This document shows positions 17,520 through 27,719 of a stretch of DNA of 64,000 nt, one piece after another. Below the pieces are notes generated by a model. It saw nothing but the letters and a program-made list of their open reading frames with translations, was not told the origin of the DNA and made no database searches. Origin of the DNA: a virus; IMG/VR virus record IMGVR_UViG_3300027974_001900, positions 1 to 64,000 of that record; one strand, 5' to 3'. Each line of letters starts with the position of its first letter. Positions within the stretch are counted from its first letter, which is position 1. The translations under genes were made by a program, and so were the position numbers.

Positions 17520-17864
17520 TTATAAACCGTATGTTGTTAGTACATAATCTAGTGGTTGCGGTATTTCAATAACGTTACCAAAAGTTAATTCGTTTTCTGT
17601 TCCTATCTTATTATACCATGCTATGACCCACCAATAAGATGGATCTCCATAATAAATATAAGAATATTTATATAATCTAGACCCAAAACCCCAGGTTTCT
17701 GTTTGTACTTTCATGCCTAGTCTTTCTGTTAATGTTGGGTATCTTAAATTCTCTGTGTTATATTGAGCTATACCATTATAAGGAAATCTAGAAGAAAAAA
17801 TTAATTTATAATCATCATCTACATTTCTTATTATTTGCATTTCTTTGTATCTAGATAAAGACAT
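17520..17864 (-). CDS. LysM-like baseplate protein (gp53 / P2 X-like)
   Basis: RLYKYSYIYYGDPSYWWVIAWYN...GNVIEIP. Confidence 0.75.
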   Translation of the reverse strand: MSLSRYKEMQIIRNVDDDYKLIFSSRFPYNGIAQYNTENLRYPTLTERLGMKVQTETWGFGSRLYKYSYIYYGDPSYWWVIAWYNKIGTENELTFGNVIEIPQPLDYVLTTYGL

Positions 17865-17878
17865 TTTTTAAACTCCAA

Positions 17879-18676
17879 TTAACCAAATAGTTTTTTTTCT
17901 GCTTCTTTGATTCTATCTTGTTGATTTTTTGCAGTTGTGCTAGGTTTCGTGCTATCATTAAAAGAAACACCTGGAAAAACCATTTTTCCTTCTTGAAAAG
18001 GTGCTTCATCTTTTCCGACTAAAACAAATCCTGGTGTAAACTCATGTAATACATCCATGTTTAAACTTAGTGAATATTTCTTTGCATAAATTTCCTGTCC
18101 TGGCCATTCTGTAAAAACTCCACTGGCGAGGTCGTTGCTTATTGATAAACCTCCTTTTAAAATTCCAAGAAGACCACTATATTCATCTAGTGGATTACAT
18201 ATAATATTACCAAATTTAATACGTATTAAAGGTGGTTTTCTTATGATAAGTCTTGAATTAGAGCCAGAAGCTTTTTCAAAAGTAGGATACATGTTTTTTG
18301 CCATTATATCTAATTTTTTTCTTATTTCTCTGGCATCATTAATACTATTTGCTGGTATGTTAAATGCAACCTTTATTGATCTTGTTGTTTTTGAATAGAT
18401 TGGAATAGGATCCATTCTACCAAACACACTACCAGCATCAGAATAAGTTGGCGTAAATGTATCAGTTATTGCTTCGCTAATGTATGCTGGGAACATTACT
18501 CTATTATAATTTTTATTTTTAATAGTTGGAAATTCAATAAACAAATTGTACATAGGATACTGCACTTTTAATGCAGTTTCTGAGAAGAACGAAGTCTTTG
18601 ATCTTGGGTCTTCATTAACTAACTGTATCATGTCAGCTGGTTTAAGACCTAATTTATCTTTTATATCGTTTGCCAT
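17879..18676 (-). CDS. Tube-initiator-like baseplate protein
   Basis: FPAYI, VFGRMDPIPIYSKTTRSI, PPLIRIKFGN; lies between tape measure and LysM gene. Confidence 0.6.
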   Translation of the reverse strand: MANDIKDKLGLKPADMIQLVNEDPRSKTSFFSETALKVQYPMYNLFIEFPTIKNKNYNRVMFPAYISEAITDTFTPTYSDAGSVFGRMDPIPIYSKTTRSIKVAFNIPANSINDAREIRKKLDIMAKNMYPTFEKASGSNSRLIIRKPPLIRIKFGNIICNPLDEYSGLLGILKGGLSISNDLASGVFTEWPGQEIYAKKYSLSLNMDVLHEFTPGFVLVGKDEAPFQEGKMVFPGVSFNDSTKPSTTAKNQQDRIKEAEKKLFG

Positions 18677-18688
18677 CTTTTTTCTCCA

Positions 18689-20305
18689 CTACACTTGTGC
18701 GATTAAATTACTTACGCCAACTTGTCTACCCTCTTTGTCAATTAGTCTAACATTGATAGAAACTTCTTTTGGTTTTTCATTTGATCTAGCAGTTGCCATA
18801 CCTTTTATTACCCCATCTTCAGCAGCTTTAGCGTGTCTTTTGCTATCTTCTTCTCTTCTAGTTTTATCAATTTGCTGAAGTTTCTCTGCATGTTTATTTA
18901 AATTTTCTTGATATTTATCTGAATCTAGAGTAGTTAAATTTTTCTTGAAAGTAGCAGCTACCGAATCAACTGCTGGAACTAAACCGCGATTAAGCGCTGT
19001 TTGAAATTGTTCAAACCCACCTTGTTTGGTAAATGCCTTTGTTGTTAAATCAATTGCAGAAGCAAAGCTGGTCAACATGCCAGGAACATCTCCTGTTTTT
19101 AATAATTTTGAAAAGCCTTTATCTACTTCTCCAGCCACAAGTCTACTTGTTTCTACTATCATAGATTTTTGATTTGCCTGAAATTTTTCTAGAGCAAAAG
19201 TTAAAGGACCAATATATAAATTTTCTTTTTTAATTTCATCTACCTCTGCTTGAGAAGTGACAGCCATAGCCATTCTCTTCTTCTCTTCTGCGGGTATCTC
19301 GGGACCAATACCGGTAACAGTTGGTGTTCTTATTATTGATTGTAAATCTTTAGATAAATCATTGTTTTTATTTAGAAGACCAGTTATGGTATTTATATCT
19401 AAACCAGTTTGTTTTGTTAATTCTTTTAGTACGCTTCTTCTCGCATTAGGATCTGTCATCTGAGCATTAAACTGCTCTGAGATACTGCTAATTGATTGTA
19501 AAAGCATCTGCGCTTTTTCTTCTTCGCTGGCACTTGCCATTGCTAATGTATCAAGGCTTCCACCGAAATAAGATAGAACTCTGTTAATTTGTCCGCCCGA
19601 TGAGAAAGCTTCGTCGATATCATCAAACTTTGAAATACTACCAACAAGAGCACTTACAGAAGATCCAGCTCTTCTAGCTAAAAGCTCTAATGTAGTAAAA
19701 GATTTTATAGCAGCGTCAGAACTTATGGCAGTAACAAATCTTTCTGAGTAGGTTCCAAATTCGCGTAGTGTATTTGAAAATGGTTGTCCTGTTTCTTTAG
19801 AAAATTTCAATAAAGTATCAGAAAATTTAACTACACCACCAATATTATTAAAAACTGAATTGGTTAATTTATTTGCCAAATCAATCGTTTCTCTTTGTCC
19901 TACTCCAAATTTTTCATTTACAGTTACTAACTTTTGTAACGTCTCTCTTTCTTCTTCAAAATTTTGTCTGGTTTTGGCAGAAGAAAATGTCGCTTTAGAA
20001 TAACTTTCTGCGATTGCAACGTTTGCTTCTACAACCTTTTTATATGAAACGCCGTATTCATTTAAAGCATATGTTTGTTTTCTTATTTGCTCTGCAAATT
20101 CAGATGTAGCACCTGAGGCTTTGGTTAATTGAATTCTATAGGACTCAACGGTATCAACATTTTTTGCTACCGCATTATAAACCCCTTGCGCACCAGACGA
20201 TAAATCTTTAAATAAAGTAACTGCTTCGGAAGCCCCTGGTATAATTCTTCCAAGTGCATTTCCTAAAGCAGTTACTTCTGCAGATAAACTAGTTTCTACT
20301 GCCAT
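18689..20305 (-). CDS. Tape-measure-like protein
   Basis: 538 aa, helical and Ala/Ser/Leu-rich; follows tube and chaperone genes. Confidence 0.6.
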   Translation of the reverse strand: MAVETSLSAEVTALGNALGRIIPGASEAVTLFKDLSSGAQGVYNAVAKNVDTVESYRIQLTKASGATSEFAEQIRKQTYALNEYGVSYKKVVEANVAIAESYSKATFSSAKTRQNFEEERETLQKLVTVNEKFGVGQRETIDLANKLTNSVFNNIGGVVKFSDTLLKFSKETGQPFSNTLREFGTYSERFVTAISSDAAIKSFTTLELLARRAGSSVSALVGSISKFDDIDEAFSSGGQINRVLSYFGGSLDTLAMASASEEEKAQMLLQSISSISEQFNAQMTDPNARRSVLKELTKQTGLDINTITGLLNKNNDLSKDLQSIIRTPTVTGIGPEIPAEEKKRMAMAVTSQAEVDEIKKENLYIGPLTFALEKFQANQKSMIVETSRLVAGEVDKGFSKLLKTGDVPGMLTSFASAIDLTTKAFTKQGGFEQFQTALNRGLVPAVDSVAATFKKNLTTLDSDKYQENLNKHAEKLQQIDKTRREEDSKRHAKAAEDGVIKGMATARSNEKPKEVSINVRLIDKEGRQVGVSNLIAQV

Positions 20306-20316
20306 TCATTAATACC

Positions 20317-20515
20317 TCATTCATTAACTACTTCGTTTTCAGATTTTTTCTTATCCATCCACTTATCAAAAAACCAGTTTCTTAATTTGACAGGAAGAGA
20401 GTAGGCATCAAAAAAAGTCCAATTCATATAATAAGTCATCATAAATATTTGTTCATATGAGTTATTGACAAATTCAGCGCTTAATTTAATAAAATTAAAA
20501 TTTTGGCCAAAAAAA
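20317..20515 (-). CDS. Downstream chaperone segment, probably expressed by frameshift from 20495-21313
   Basis: YEQIFMMTYYMNWTFFDAYSLPVKLRNWF; overlaps the upstream gene at a T7 run. Confidence 0.6.
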
Positions 20516-21313
20516 GTCGGTTCCAATGGGAACCCCTCCTTCTAAAATCCTGTCACACTTTAAACAATTATGTGAATAATTAAATGAAATATCTGGCACC
20601 ATTTCCATAAATCTTTTTCTCAAAAATCTCGAATCTGCAATTCCAAGGTTATTAATTATAAAATTATTAATATATGCCGCATCTGATGATCCATCTATTG
20701 AAACAATCATTCTTCTATATCTTGTTATTAATTCCTCTGCTGGAAGATTATTTTTAATTCTCTTCTTTGTTGTTTCCTCTATTACTTTCTCGTCTTCTGA
20801 GTTTAATATCTTTACTTCAACAGAGGCTTTGCTTTTGGGTAAAACGATTAAAATATTGCTACTCTCTAAATATTTTGCAGACTCGTCTTCAACAATTTCT
20901 TTTATTTTAACATTGTCCAATGATTCTTGTATTTGATTTTCTGTTAAACAACTTGGACAAACAACAGAGAAAGAATACTCACTGCCATAAGCACTTTTTC
21001 TAGCAGCCATAAGAATTGCATTCTTATCACCAGGAATTAATGTAGCAGCATCAACTCTTGTATTTATAATTAAACTTTCAATAACTCTATCAAGAGCTAC
21101 GCCTTTTTCATTTAGAGAAGGAGAAATAAGTAAATCTTCTTCTTTGGTTGTCATAAATTTAATTTCTACTGTTTCAGCGTCTTTTAGCGGATGATCATCG
21201 GAATATAATTTTCCTCTTGATGGTAGTTCTACTATTTCTGTAGGAGTTTGATACCCACTAGAAAAATTATTAGGAACAGTTTGTGACTGTCCAAACTTAT
21301 CTGAATTTCTCAT
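20495..21313 (-). CDS. T4 gp26-like baseplate hub / tail assembly chaperone
   Basis: VELPSRGKLY, FMTTKEEDLL, ARKSAYG, CPSC and CLKC zinc motifs, terminal FFWP. Confidence 0.75.
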   Translation of the reverse strand: MRNSDKFGQSQTVPNNFSSGYQTPTEIVELPSRGKLYSDDHPLKDAETVEIKFMTTKEEDLLISPSLNEKGVALDRVIESLIINTRVDAATLIPGDKNAILMAARKSAYGSEYSFSVVCPSCLTENQIQESLDNVKIKEIVEDESAKYLESSNILIVLPKSKASVEVKILNSEDEKVIEETTKKRIKNNLPAEELITRYRRMIVSIDGSSDAAYINNFIINNLGIADSRFLRKRFMEMVPDISFNYSHNCLKCDRILEGGVPIGTDFFWPKF

Positions 21314-21323
21314 TTATACCTCT

Positions 21324-22052
21324 TTATTTTGTTTTTGGTTTTAATTTTTTATTTACAGCATCTCTTAAAACGCTATCTAGTTGTGGGAACGTTCCTCTAA
21401 ATTTATCATAAGTTCCACCATAATTATAGTTACCATTTCTTCCAAAATCAACATAATCAAATGTTAAAGTTAAAGTTATTTTATTTATGTCTGATGAAGA
21501 ATATTTTAGACCACTAAATTTTACATTCGTTACCATAGCACCGCTTAATCTCATGCTTTCGTATTTTCTACCATCGGCATCTAAAGTATGAATTACAACA
21601 GAAGATCTTGTGCCCATAGATAATGCATCCGTTAAAGCTTCTTTAGATAAATTAAAAGTATTATTTGTAGAACCTTGATTAATTACTCCAACTCCCCCTA
21701 CGGCTTTTGGTTGTCCAATAAAAGGATTTTTTGGTTCTCTTATACCTGATGGGGTTGTATAAAAATTATTATTTAATAATCGTGACATTACATTTTCCAT
21801 TTGAGTCAAACTAATCTCTGGATCTAACAACTCAATGATTACTAAATCAATTGTATTATCATACTCTACTCTTTTTGGAAAATTAAATTTATATTCCATT
21901 AGCTGAAATGCTTCTGTTTCTATTTTATAACCTGGTCTTGAAACACTTTCTACTAAAGCAAAATCAAGCCCCTCTATCTCCAACATAAATCTGTCAGATA
22001 AAGCGGCTTGAGTTCCATCTTTTAAATGTTCTTTACCAAAAATAGCTGCCAT
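21324..22052 (-). CDS. Tail tube paralogue (gp19/gp54-like)
   Basis: DRFMLEI, VSRP, VKFSGLKY...ITLTLTFDY; similar to the adjacent tube gene. Confidence 0.75.
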   Translation of the reverse strand: MAAIFGKEHLKDGTQAALSDRFMLEIEGLDFALVESVSRPGYKIETEAFQLMEYKFNFPKRVEYDNTIDLVIIELLDPEISLTQMENVMSRLLNNNFYTTPSGIREPKNPFIGQPKAVGGVGVINQGSTNNTFNLSKEALTDALSMGTRSSVVIHTLDADGRKYESMRLSGAMVTNVKFSGLKYSSSDINKITLTLTFDYVDFGRNGNYNYGGTYDKFRGTFPQLDSVLRDAVNKKLKPKTK

Positions 22053-22058
22053 TTGTTT

Positions 22059-22634
22059 TTACTTCGGATAAGCAGGTACATTACCCTTTGAATCTCTAAG
22101 TTCAGCCCAGTCGTATGTAATACTTACTGTGACATTCATTAAGTCTTCTTTATCATAACCATGATCACCAAATTGTACTTTATTGATAAAACAGTTATTT
22201 AAAACCCAAGATTCATACATAACGCCATCTGCATCAATTCTGTCCAATCTCATTTGCTTAAATGGAAACTTAGCTTTAGAAATTGTTTTTCTAAAGAACT
22301 GTGGATCAGATGAACTTTCATTCCACTGAGATGGATAGACATAGCCAGCTGTTCTAATATAATCTGCAAATTTTTGAGCCATGTTATAATCAATTGTATC
22401 TACGAGAACAACGTCTAGTGAATCATTCCAAGTTGCAGACCCTGGAAACTTGAATGTATGTCCAAGAAATTGATGTTTTGCAGAGTTTGCAATTGTCAAT
22501 TGAGGAACACCGGATGTCTTAACGAAATAGGCAGGAACATCTGCTAAGTTCAAAATAAACCGATGTGCTCTTTTTGGGTCTAGCCCAGATGAGTCTGCTG
22601 CCCAAATTGGAATTGCTGGTGCCTGTTTAGCCAT
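22059..22634 (-). CDS. Tail tube protein (gp19-like)
   Basis: DPKRAHRF, FPGSATW, ESWVL, FGDHGY, ITYDWA; directly after the sheath gene. Confidence 0.85.
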   Translation of the reverse strand: MAKQAPAIPIWAADSSGLDPKRAHRFILNLADVPAYFVKTSGVPQLTIANSAKHQFLGHTFKFPGSATWNDSLDVVLVDTIDYNMAQKFADYIRTAGYVYPSQWNESSSDPQFFRKTISKAKFPFKQMRLDRIDADGVMYESWVLNNCFINKVQFGDHGYDKEDLMNVTVSITYDWAELRDSKGNVPAYPK

Positions 22635-22648
22635 AAATTAATCTCCTA

Positions 22649-25543
22649 TTAATCTGCGAATGATGCGCCTGTATTTGTGATAAAGAAGTCAACTGCGATG
22701 TATTCAATTGCTCTTGCTGGCTTAATAAAGATCTTTGCATACATGATGTTTTGATCAATTAAGTCAGGAGTTGTTGTTGTAGAGTCCAGAACAATTCTGA
22801 AGTCTGTAACACCAAATCTAGACTTAACTTCTGCCAAGAACGGATCGGCTCTACCAACAAACTTGTTCCAAGTTGCCTCAACATTTGGCTCAAAGAGAAC
22901 ATCTTTGGAAATGATTGAGATTCCTCTCTTAACGTATAGAAGTAGTCTACGAACGTTGATTCTATCAAGAGCACTCTTAGTGGCTTGTAGAGTCTTCTGT
23001 CCGAAGATAACTAGTCCTTCGGCTGGAAATGAAGCAATTGGATTGATGCTTACATCGTATAGTTTATCTCTGTCTTGAGAGTTTAATCTGTATACAGAGT
23101 TAACTACTGTTAGACCAGAGTTCCCTAGTGATAATCCACCACGATTAAAGCCAGCTGGAGCGAACCAAGGAGCTTGTACGTTGTCTGTGTAAGACATTGC
23201 ACCTAGAGCAACAACAGAAGGAGGAATGTTAACAATCTGTCCTGTTGTATCATCAGAAATTTGAACCCAAGGATAGTAAGCTGCACCGTAGCTTGAGTTG
23301 AGGTTTCTGTTCTTGATTTGTAGAACAGTTGTATCAACATCTTGAATTCTTGCTGCCTCTGTACTTAAAGTCTTTTCATAGGAAGAGATGTAAGTAGGTT
23401 GGTTTATTGAACCAGCGGAGAGGTCAACGACTGCTAAACAGTCTCCTCTGTTCTCAGCTAATTGCATTAAATATAGAGTCAAAGGCTCATAAACTAGTCC
23501 AGGGACAGAAACAATGTTTGTTTCAATGAATTCTGGATCCTTGATTGTATCGATTGCTCTCTTGTATGTATTGTAAACATAGCTAGATTGAGCAGTAGAA
23601 CCAGCGCTGATTGCTAGGTTTCTTAGTGGTTCTTTCTCGAATACGTTAAATCCGTCAGTGCCGCCTTGTAACGGGGAACAGAAAGAACTGATTTGTTCTG
23701 TGTTTAATAGATCAATATAAGTTTTTCCTGTTGTTGCAGTATAAGCAGAACCACCTGTTCTAGAACCTGGTGTATTTGTAAACGAAATACTTGATGATGT
23801 ACCTGTTTTTACTAGTTCATCTAGAGTGAAATACCAAGAGTATTCTGTTGCGCTAGAAGCGATACCGGATACAAATTCACTCAAAGCTGTAGAACCAGCA
23901 GGTAATCTTAGTGTATCTACGTTTGATGTATCATAAACAAAAGAAGCTGTTGTTCTTGTGGATTTAAATCCAAATGAAGCTTGCTTATAGCTTGATAAAC
24001 CATCTTCGGAAGTCGTGCTTCTTACAAGTGTCTCTGGGAATGCAAGCTTGATAGCTGTCATCGAAGTTAGAGAACCCGTAGAATTAGTGGCGGATGCCAT
24101 GCTGAAGCCGTTTGCAGCTACAAGTCCTGTAGCACCACCGTCTACTGTAGTAGTAAATGTGCCACTTAAGGTAATTGGTTTTAGAGGACCAAATACTCCG
24201 AAAGGTAATGCATCTGGTGATAATGTTTGATAAAAATCTGGATGTAAATCTACTCTAATGTATTTAGAAACATTTTCGTTTGTTCCTTGTCTTATTAATT
24301 TTTGTGTAACCGAATCATAAGTGTATGATACATCACCAATCTTTCTTGAAATAAAATCAGGAGAGGTCGGATCTAAAGAGCAAGCAGTAAATGATTCTAG
24401 TTGTTTTCTGTTGTTATCAACATCGTCAATTCTTCTAACGACAACATCAAACGATCCATACTTGATTAGATCATTTACTGGCGGTTTGATATTTGAAATT
24501 TCAATTTTAACATTTGATCTTGCCCAGTCGCCGCCATCAATTGCGATAAATCTAAACAATTTTGTCATTGATGTAGCAGCGTAGCTGGTATCAGCAGCGC
24601 CCTGAACAGGTGATTGTCTAAAATACCATCCTGTTCTTGCTGCATGTGTATCTGGTGTTTCACCAAGGTGATTGCTATAATAATTCAAAGGAAGAACCAT
24701 TGCATAAAAATCAGATGAATTTGTAGATGCAGTGTTTGCTGTTCCATTTGAGCCAAATGATTCTGCATTTAGTAAGAATTGGTTTTCAAATGTTTCTCCT
24801 AACCACAAACCAGCAGGGCTGCTTGGACCAGCAATACCCGTATCACAGTTTCTTGGGCTTGTATTGAATACTTTTCTAATAAAGTTTCCAGAAGTAGAAT
24901 CAAAAGAAAATTGAACTTTTTTATTTGCATCTGTTTGTGTTGAGCCAGAAACATAAACGGTAAATTTACCAGAATCGGCTTTAATCATAACACCGTTAGA
25001 TTGTGTTAGTAATGAAGCACCAGCAACTGTACCAGATAAAATAGGAACTGAACCTGTACAATACCAAATTGCGGCTAATGTTCCAGAAATATTTGTAGCT
25101 GCTGCTGAAGAGCTTGGGAACACAAACAAACCATGAGCGCCAGCAGGAGCGCCAGCAGATGGATCATTTACTTTCCATCCAGAAAAACCAGCATTGTTTG
25201 TTGTTCCGCTGGCTTGATCGTCTTGAACACCAAGTAGTCTTACGAAATTAACTGTTTCACTGTTTGCCAACCAAGCTTGTGCAGCATAAGCAGCATAAGT
25301 TGGAGCATCATAATTTCCATCTCTCCATCCATCACCAGTAGCACCGCCACCAGCAACAGGCTCGCCAAATAACTCAACAAATTCAGAATATGAATTCACT
25401 GTTACAGGTCTTAATGCCGGACCTCTTTTTGAACGACCAATAATGGTTGGTCCAATTGGTTGTGGTTGTGCAGGAATTTGTGATTGATCTATTTCTCTTA
25501 AAAATACCCCAGGTGAAACAAATTTAAATTTCTTTACTGACAT
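22649..25543 (-). CDS. Contractile tail sheath protein (gp18-like)
   Basis: FVSPGVFLREID, YYPWV, PWFAPAGFNRG, INPI, GQKTLQ, SALDRINVRRL. Confidence 0.95.
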   Translation of the reverse strand: MSVKKFKFVSPGVFLREIDQSQIPAQPQPIGPTIIGRSKRGPALRPVTVNSYSEFVELFGEPVAGGGATGDGWRDGNYDAPTYAAYAAQAWLANSETVNFVRLLGVQDDQASGTTNNAGFSGWKVNDPSAGAPAGAHGLFVFPSSSAAATNISGTLAAIWYCTGSVPILSGTVAGASLLTQSNGVMIKADSGKFTVYVSGSTQTDANKKVQFSFDSTSGNFIRKVFNTSPRNCDTGIAGPSSPAGLWLGETFENQFLLNAESFGSNGTANTASTNSSDFYAMVLPLNYYSNHLGETPDTHAARTGWYFRQSPVQGAADTSYAATSMTKLFRFIAIDGGDWARSNVKIEISNIKPPVNDLIKYGSFDVVVRRIDDVDNNRKQLESFTACSLDPTSPDFISRKIGDVSYTYDSVTQKLIRQGTNENVSKYIRVDLHPDFYQTLSPDALPFGVFGPLKPITLSGTFTTTVDGGATGLVAANGFSMASATNSTGSLTSMTAIKLAFPETLVRSTTSEDGLSSYKQASFGFKSTRTTASFVYDTSNVDTLRLPAGSTALSEFVSGIASSATEYSWYFTLDELVKTGTSSSISFTNTPGSRTGGSAYTATTGKTYIDLLNTEQISSFCSPLQGGTDGFNVFEKEPLRNLAISAGSTAQSSYVYNTYKRAIDTIKDPEFIETNIVSVPGLVYEPLTLYLMQLAENRGDCLAVVDLSAGSINQPTYISSYEKTLSTEAARIQDVDTTVLQIKNRNLNSSYGAAYYPWVQISDDTTGQIVNIPPSVVALGAMSYTDNVQAPWFAPAGFNRGGLSLGNSGLTVVNSVYRLNSQDRDKLYDVSINPIASFPAEGLVIFGQKTLQATKSALDRINVRRLLLYVKRGISIISKDVLFEPNVEATWNKFVGRADPFLAEVKSRFGVTDFRIVLDSTTTTPDLIDQNIMYAKIFIKPARAIEYIAVDFFITNTGASFAD

Positions 25544-25571
25544 TCATCATTCTCCTATGAATAGCTCCTAA

Positions 25572-25579
25572 TAAATAGT
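25572..25579 (-). promoter_or_regulatory. Putative late promoter ACTATTTA
   Basis: 29 nt upstream of the sheath ATG. Confidence 0.7.
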
Positions 25580-25595
25580 TTTAAGAATCTCAAAA

Positions 25596-26441
25596 TCATT
25601 CTCTAAAAGGAGTATCTGGGTCACCTAAATTATTTATGTCTCCCATTATTACTCTTTCTCTTTGTATTCTAATTTTTGCTGGACCTTCTCGGTAAACTAT
25701 GTTTGGTGTCTTTTGATTTATCTCGCTTGTTGTTGTAAACCCTAAAACAGTTACTGAAAGTTTTGATTCATAAATTTTTTCATTTTCGCCAACATCTGGA
25801 GAGTTGCTAGTAAATCCATTGTCTGTTGTGGTAAACAATTCATACTTAAAGCCGCCATACTTTATTGTTTGAACATTAGAATTGTTTACTGTATTAGTCC
25901 TTTGAAATGGTGCTATCATTTCATTTAATTGTTGCATGTAAAGAGCCTTTAAAGCAATCTCATATTTTATTTCGTAATAAGATGGATAAGGAATAAATAC
26001 ATATTGATTAACTATTTCTGTATTTTGTGATTTGAAATTTGGATCTCCAAATAATCTTTGCGCTCTTGCGTTTGCAAAGTTCTTTGTTTTATCTTGTTGA
26101 ACTTTTTTCCAAATACCAAGTTGTCCATCTTTATAATCATAGGCTGCACGGAACACTCCTGGGACTGGTCTTTTATTGGCATCTGCTAAAGCAAATGAAG
26201 ATCTTTGAACTTGTATTTGTGGAAAATCAAGAAACCCGTTATTATCTCTATTATCTTTTTGTTCTTTAATTTGAAAAGCTCTTTCTCTTGAAAACCAATC
26301 AACTGGAACTTTTCTTATTCCTTCGTTTGTTGTGGCATGAACATCAACCGTTTCATTAACCCAATTATATAAAGCCATGTCGATTGTTTCAAAAGTCGAA
26401 ACTGGTGTTGGATTATCTTGTTGTTTGTATGATGTATCCAT
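25596..26441 (-). CDS. Tail completion / sheath stabiliser (gp15-like)
   Basis: KVPV, FPQIQVQR, PYPSYYEIKYEI; lies between neck and sheath genes. Confidence 0.6.
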   Translation of the reverse strand: MDTSYKQQDNPTPVSTFETIDMALYNWVNETVDVHATTNEGIRKVPVDWFSRERAFQIKEQKDNRDNNGFLDFPQIQVQRSSFALADANKRPVPGVFRAAYDYKDGQLGIWKKVQQDKTKNFANARAQRLFGDPNFKSQNTEIVNQYVFIPYPSYYEIKYEIALKALYMQQLNEMIAPFQRTNTVNNSNVQTIKYGGFKYELFTTTDNGFTSNSPDVGENEKIYESKLSVTVLGFTTTSEINQKTPNIVYREGPAKIRIQRERVIMGDINNLGDPDTPFRE

Positions 26442-26581
26442 TTATATACCTTTCTTAGTTAAATATAATTCTTAATGATTTTCTTTTCTTTGATTCTTCT
26501 ATCGGGATGGTTTCATAATCATCTCTTTTCTTTTCATATTAACTTCGTTAAGAAGTTTTTTGTTTTCAAAAATTATTCTAA

Positions 26582-27079
26582 TCATTGTGCGTTGAATAAT
26601 CCTTTTCTGCTCTTAATACAGGTTGCTGTGATCTCAACTCTATTTTCTGTTTGACCATATGGAGAAGCTGGTTCTGATAACTTGACTATTTCATAAAGAA
26701 TATTATTATGTAAAACAAAATCACCTTCTCTAACATAAACATCTTGATCTTCTGTCAATCTTCTCTTATGGAAATGGATAGTCATTGTTGTATCCTTTTC
26801 CAAACCAAATTTATCTACTTTTGTTTCTATATACTTACCAGAAAACTCTACGAAAGCATAAACTCTAACTGGCGGAAGAAATGTTTTAACAATTGCTTCA
26901 CCATAGAGAGGGTGGAACTCTGTCCTATCAATATCGATAGGATAATATAGAACTGGCTGACCGCTTACTCTTTCAGCAACTTCTGAGACAACTTGCTTAT
27001 TAAAATCCCTTTCAGGCTGATTGATAAACATCGGAACTGGAGGAGCTGCTGGTTGTGTGAACTGGTTTCTTTTAGCCAT
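26582..27079 (-). CDS. Neck / head-closure protein (gp14-like)
   Basis: GQPVLYY, HPLYGEA, VREGDFV, YEIVK. Confidence 0.7.
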   Translation of the reverse strand: MAKRNQFTQPAAPPVPMFINQPERDFNKQVVSEVAERVSGQPVLYYPIDIDRTEFHPLYGEAIVKTFLPPVRVYAFVEFSGKYIETKVDKFGLEKDTTMTIHFHKRRLTEDQDVYVREGDFVLHNNILYEIVKLSEPASPYGQTENRVEITATCIKSRKGLFNAQ

Positions 27080-27719
27080 TTAAATTATCCTTTGTATTTT
27101 GTTCTTTCCAACTTCTTCCTGCTGTTATGTTGCTAACAGACGCTAAACAAATATTAAATTTAGTGGCAATTTCTTTAGAGGTTTCTCCGCTTTCATATAA
27201 TTTTCTAATCTGTCTTACACTTTCCCAACTTAATTTTGCGGAAGGATTTTTATCTCCCATTAGACTTTCTGGGTGCGCTTTTCTATAATTATTTTCCGAG
27301 ATTCTCTTTTTGTGTTCTTCTGAAAATTTAATTCCCTTTCTTTTAAGAGACATTTTTAATTTTGTTTCTTCTGTTGCTTTTTTGCCTACATTAGCTAGTG
27401 CTAATTTCAATTTGTGACTTTCAGATTTTATTTGTCTTCCACCAGAAAAAGTTGTTTTATTATATTCTGGTTTTAATTCATTGATTGCTTTTTCTTCTCT
27501 TTCTATTAATAAATTTTCTTCGCATTCTTCTAAAATAAAGAATTTAAAATTATTTTCTCCATACTTATTCCAAGAACTTTGAAGATGCGAATTACCGTGT
27601 CTATTATTTTTTAAATCACCCCTATGTTTCCGCCACCGTTTATGGACTTCTTTACTAGAACCGACATAGCGTTTACCGTTTGATAAATTTTCTATTATAT
27701 AAATTCCACTTATTTTCAT
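27072..27719 (-). mobile_element. Free-standing GIY-YIG homing endonuclease gene
   Basis: SGIYIIEN...RYVGSS...RW..H, LQSSWNKYG, EYN, NUMOD3-like repeats (SEEHKKRISE), C-terminal HTH. Confidence 0.9.

Noticed and set aside
27072-27719. Group I intron around the GIY-YIG gene
   Set aside because: No flanking non-coding sequence for a ribozyme core, and both neighbours are intact ORFs
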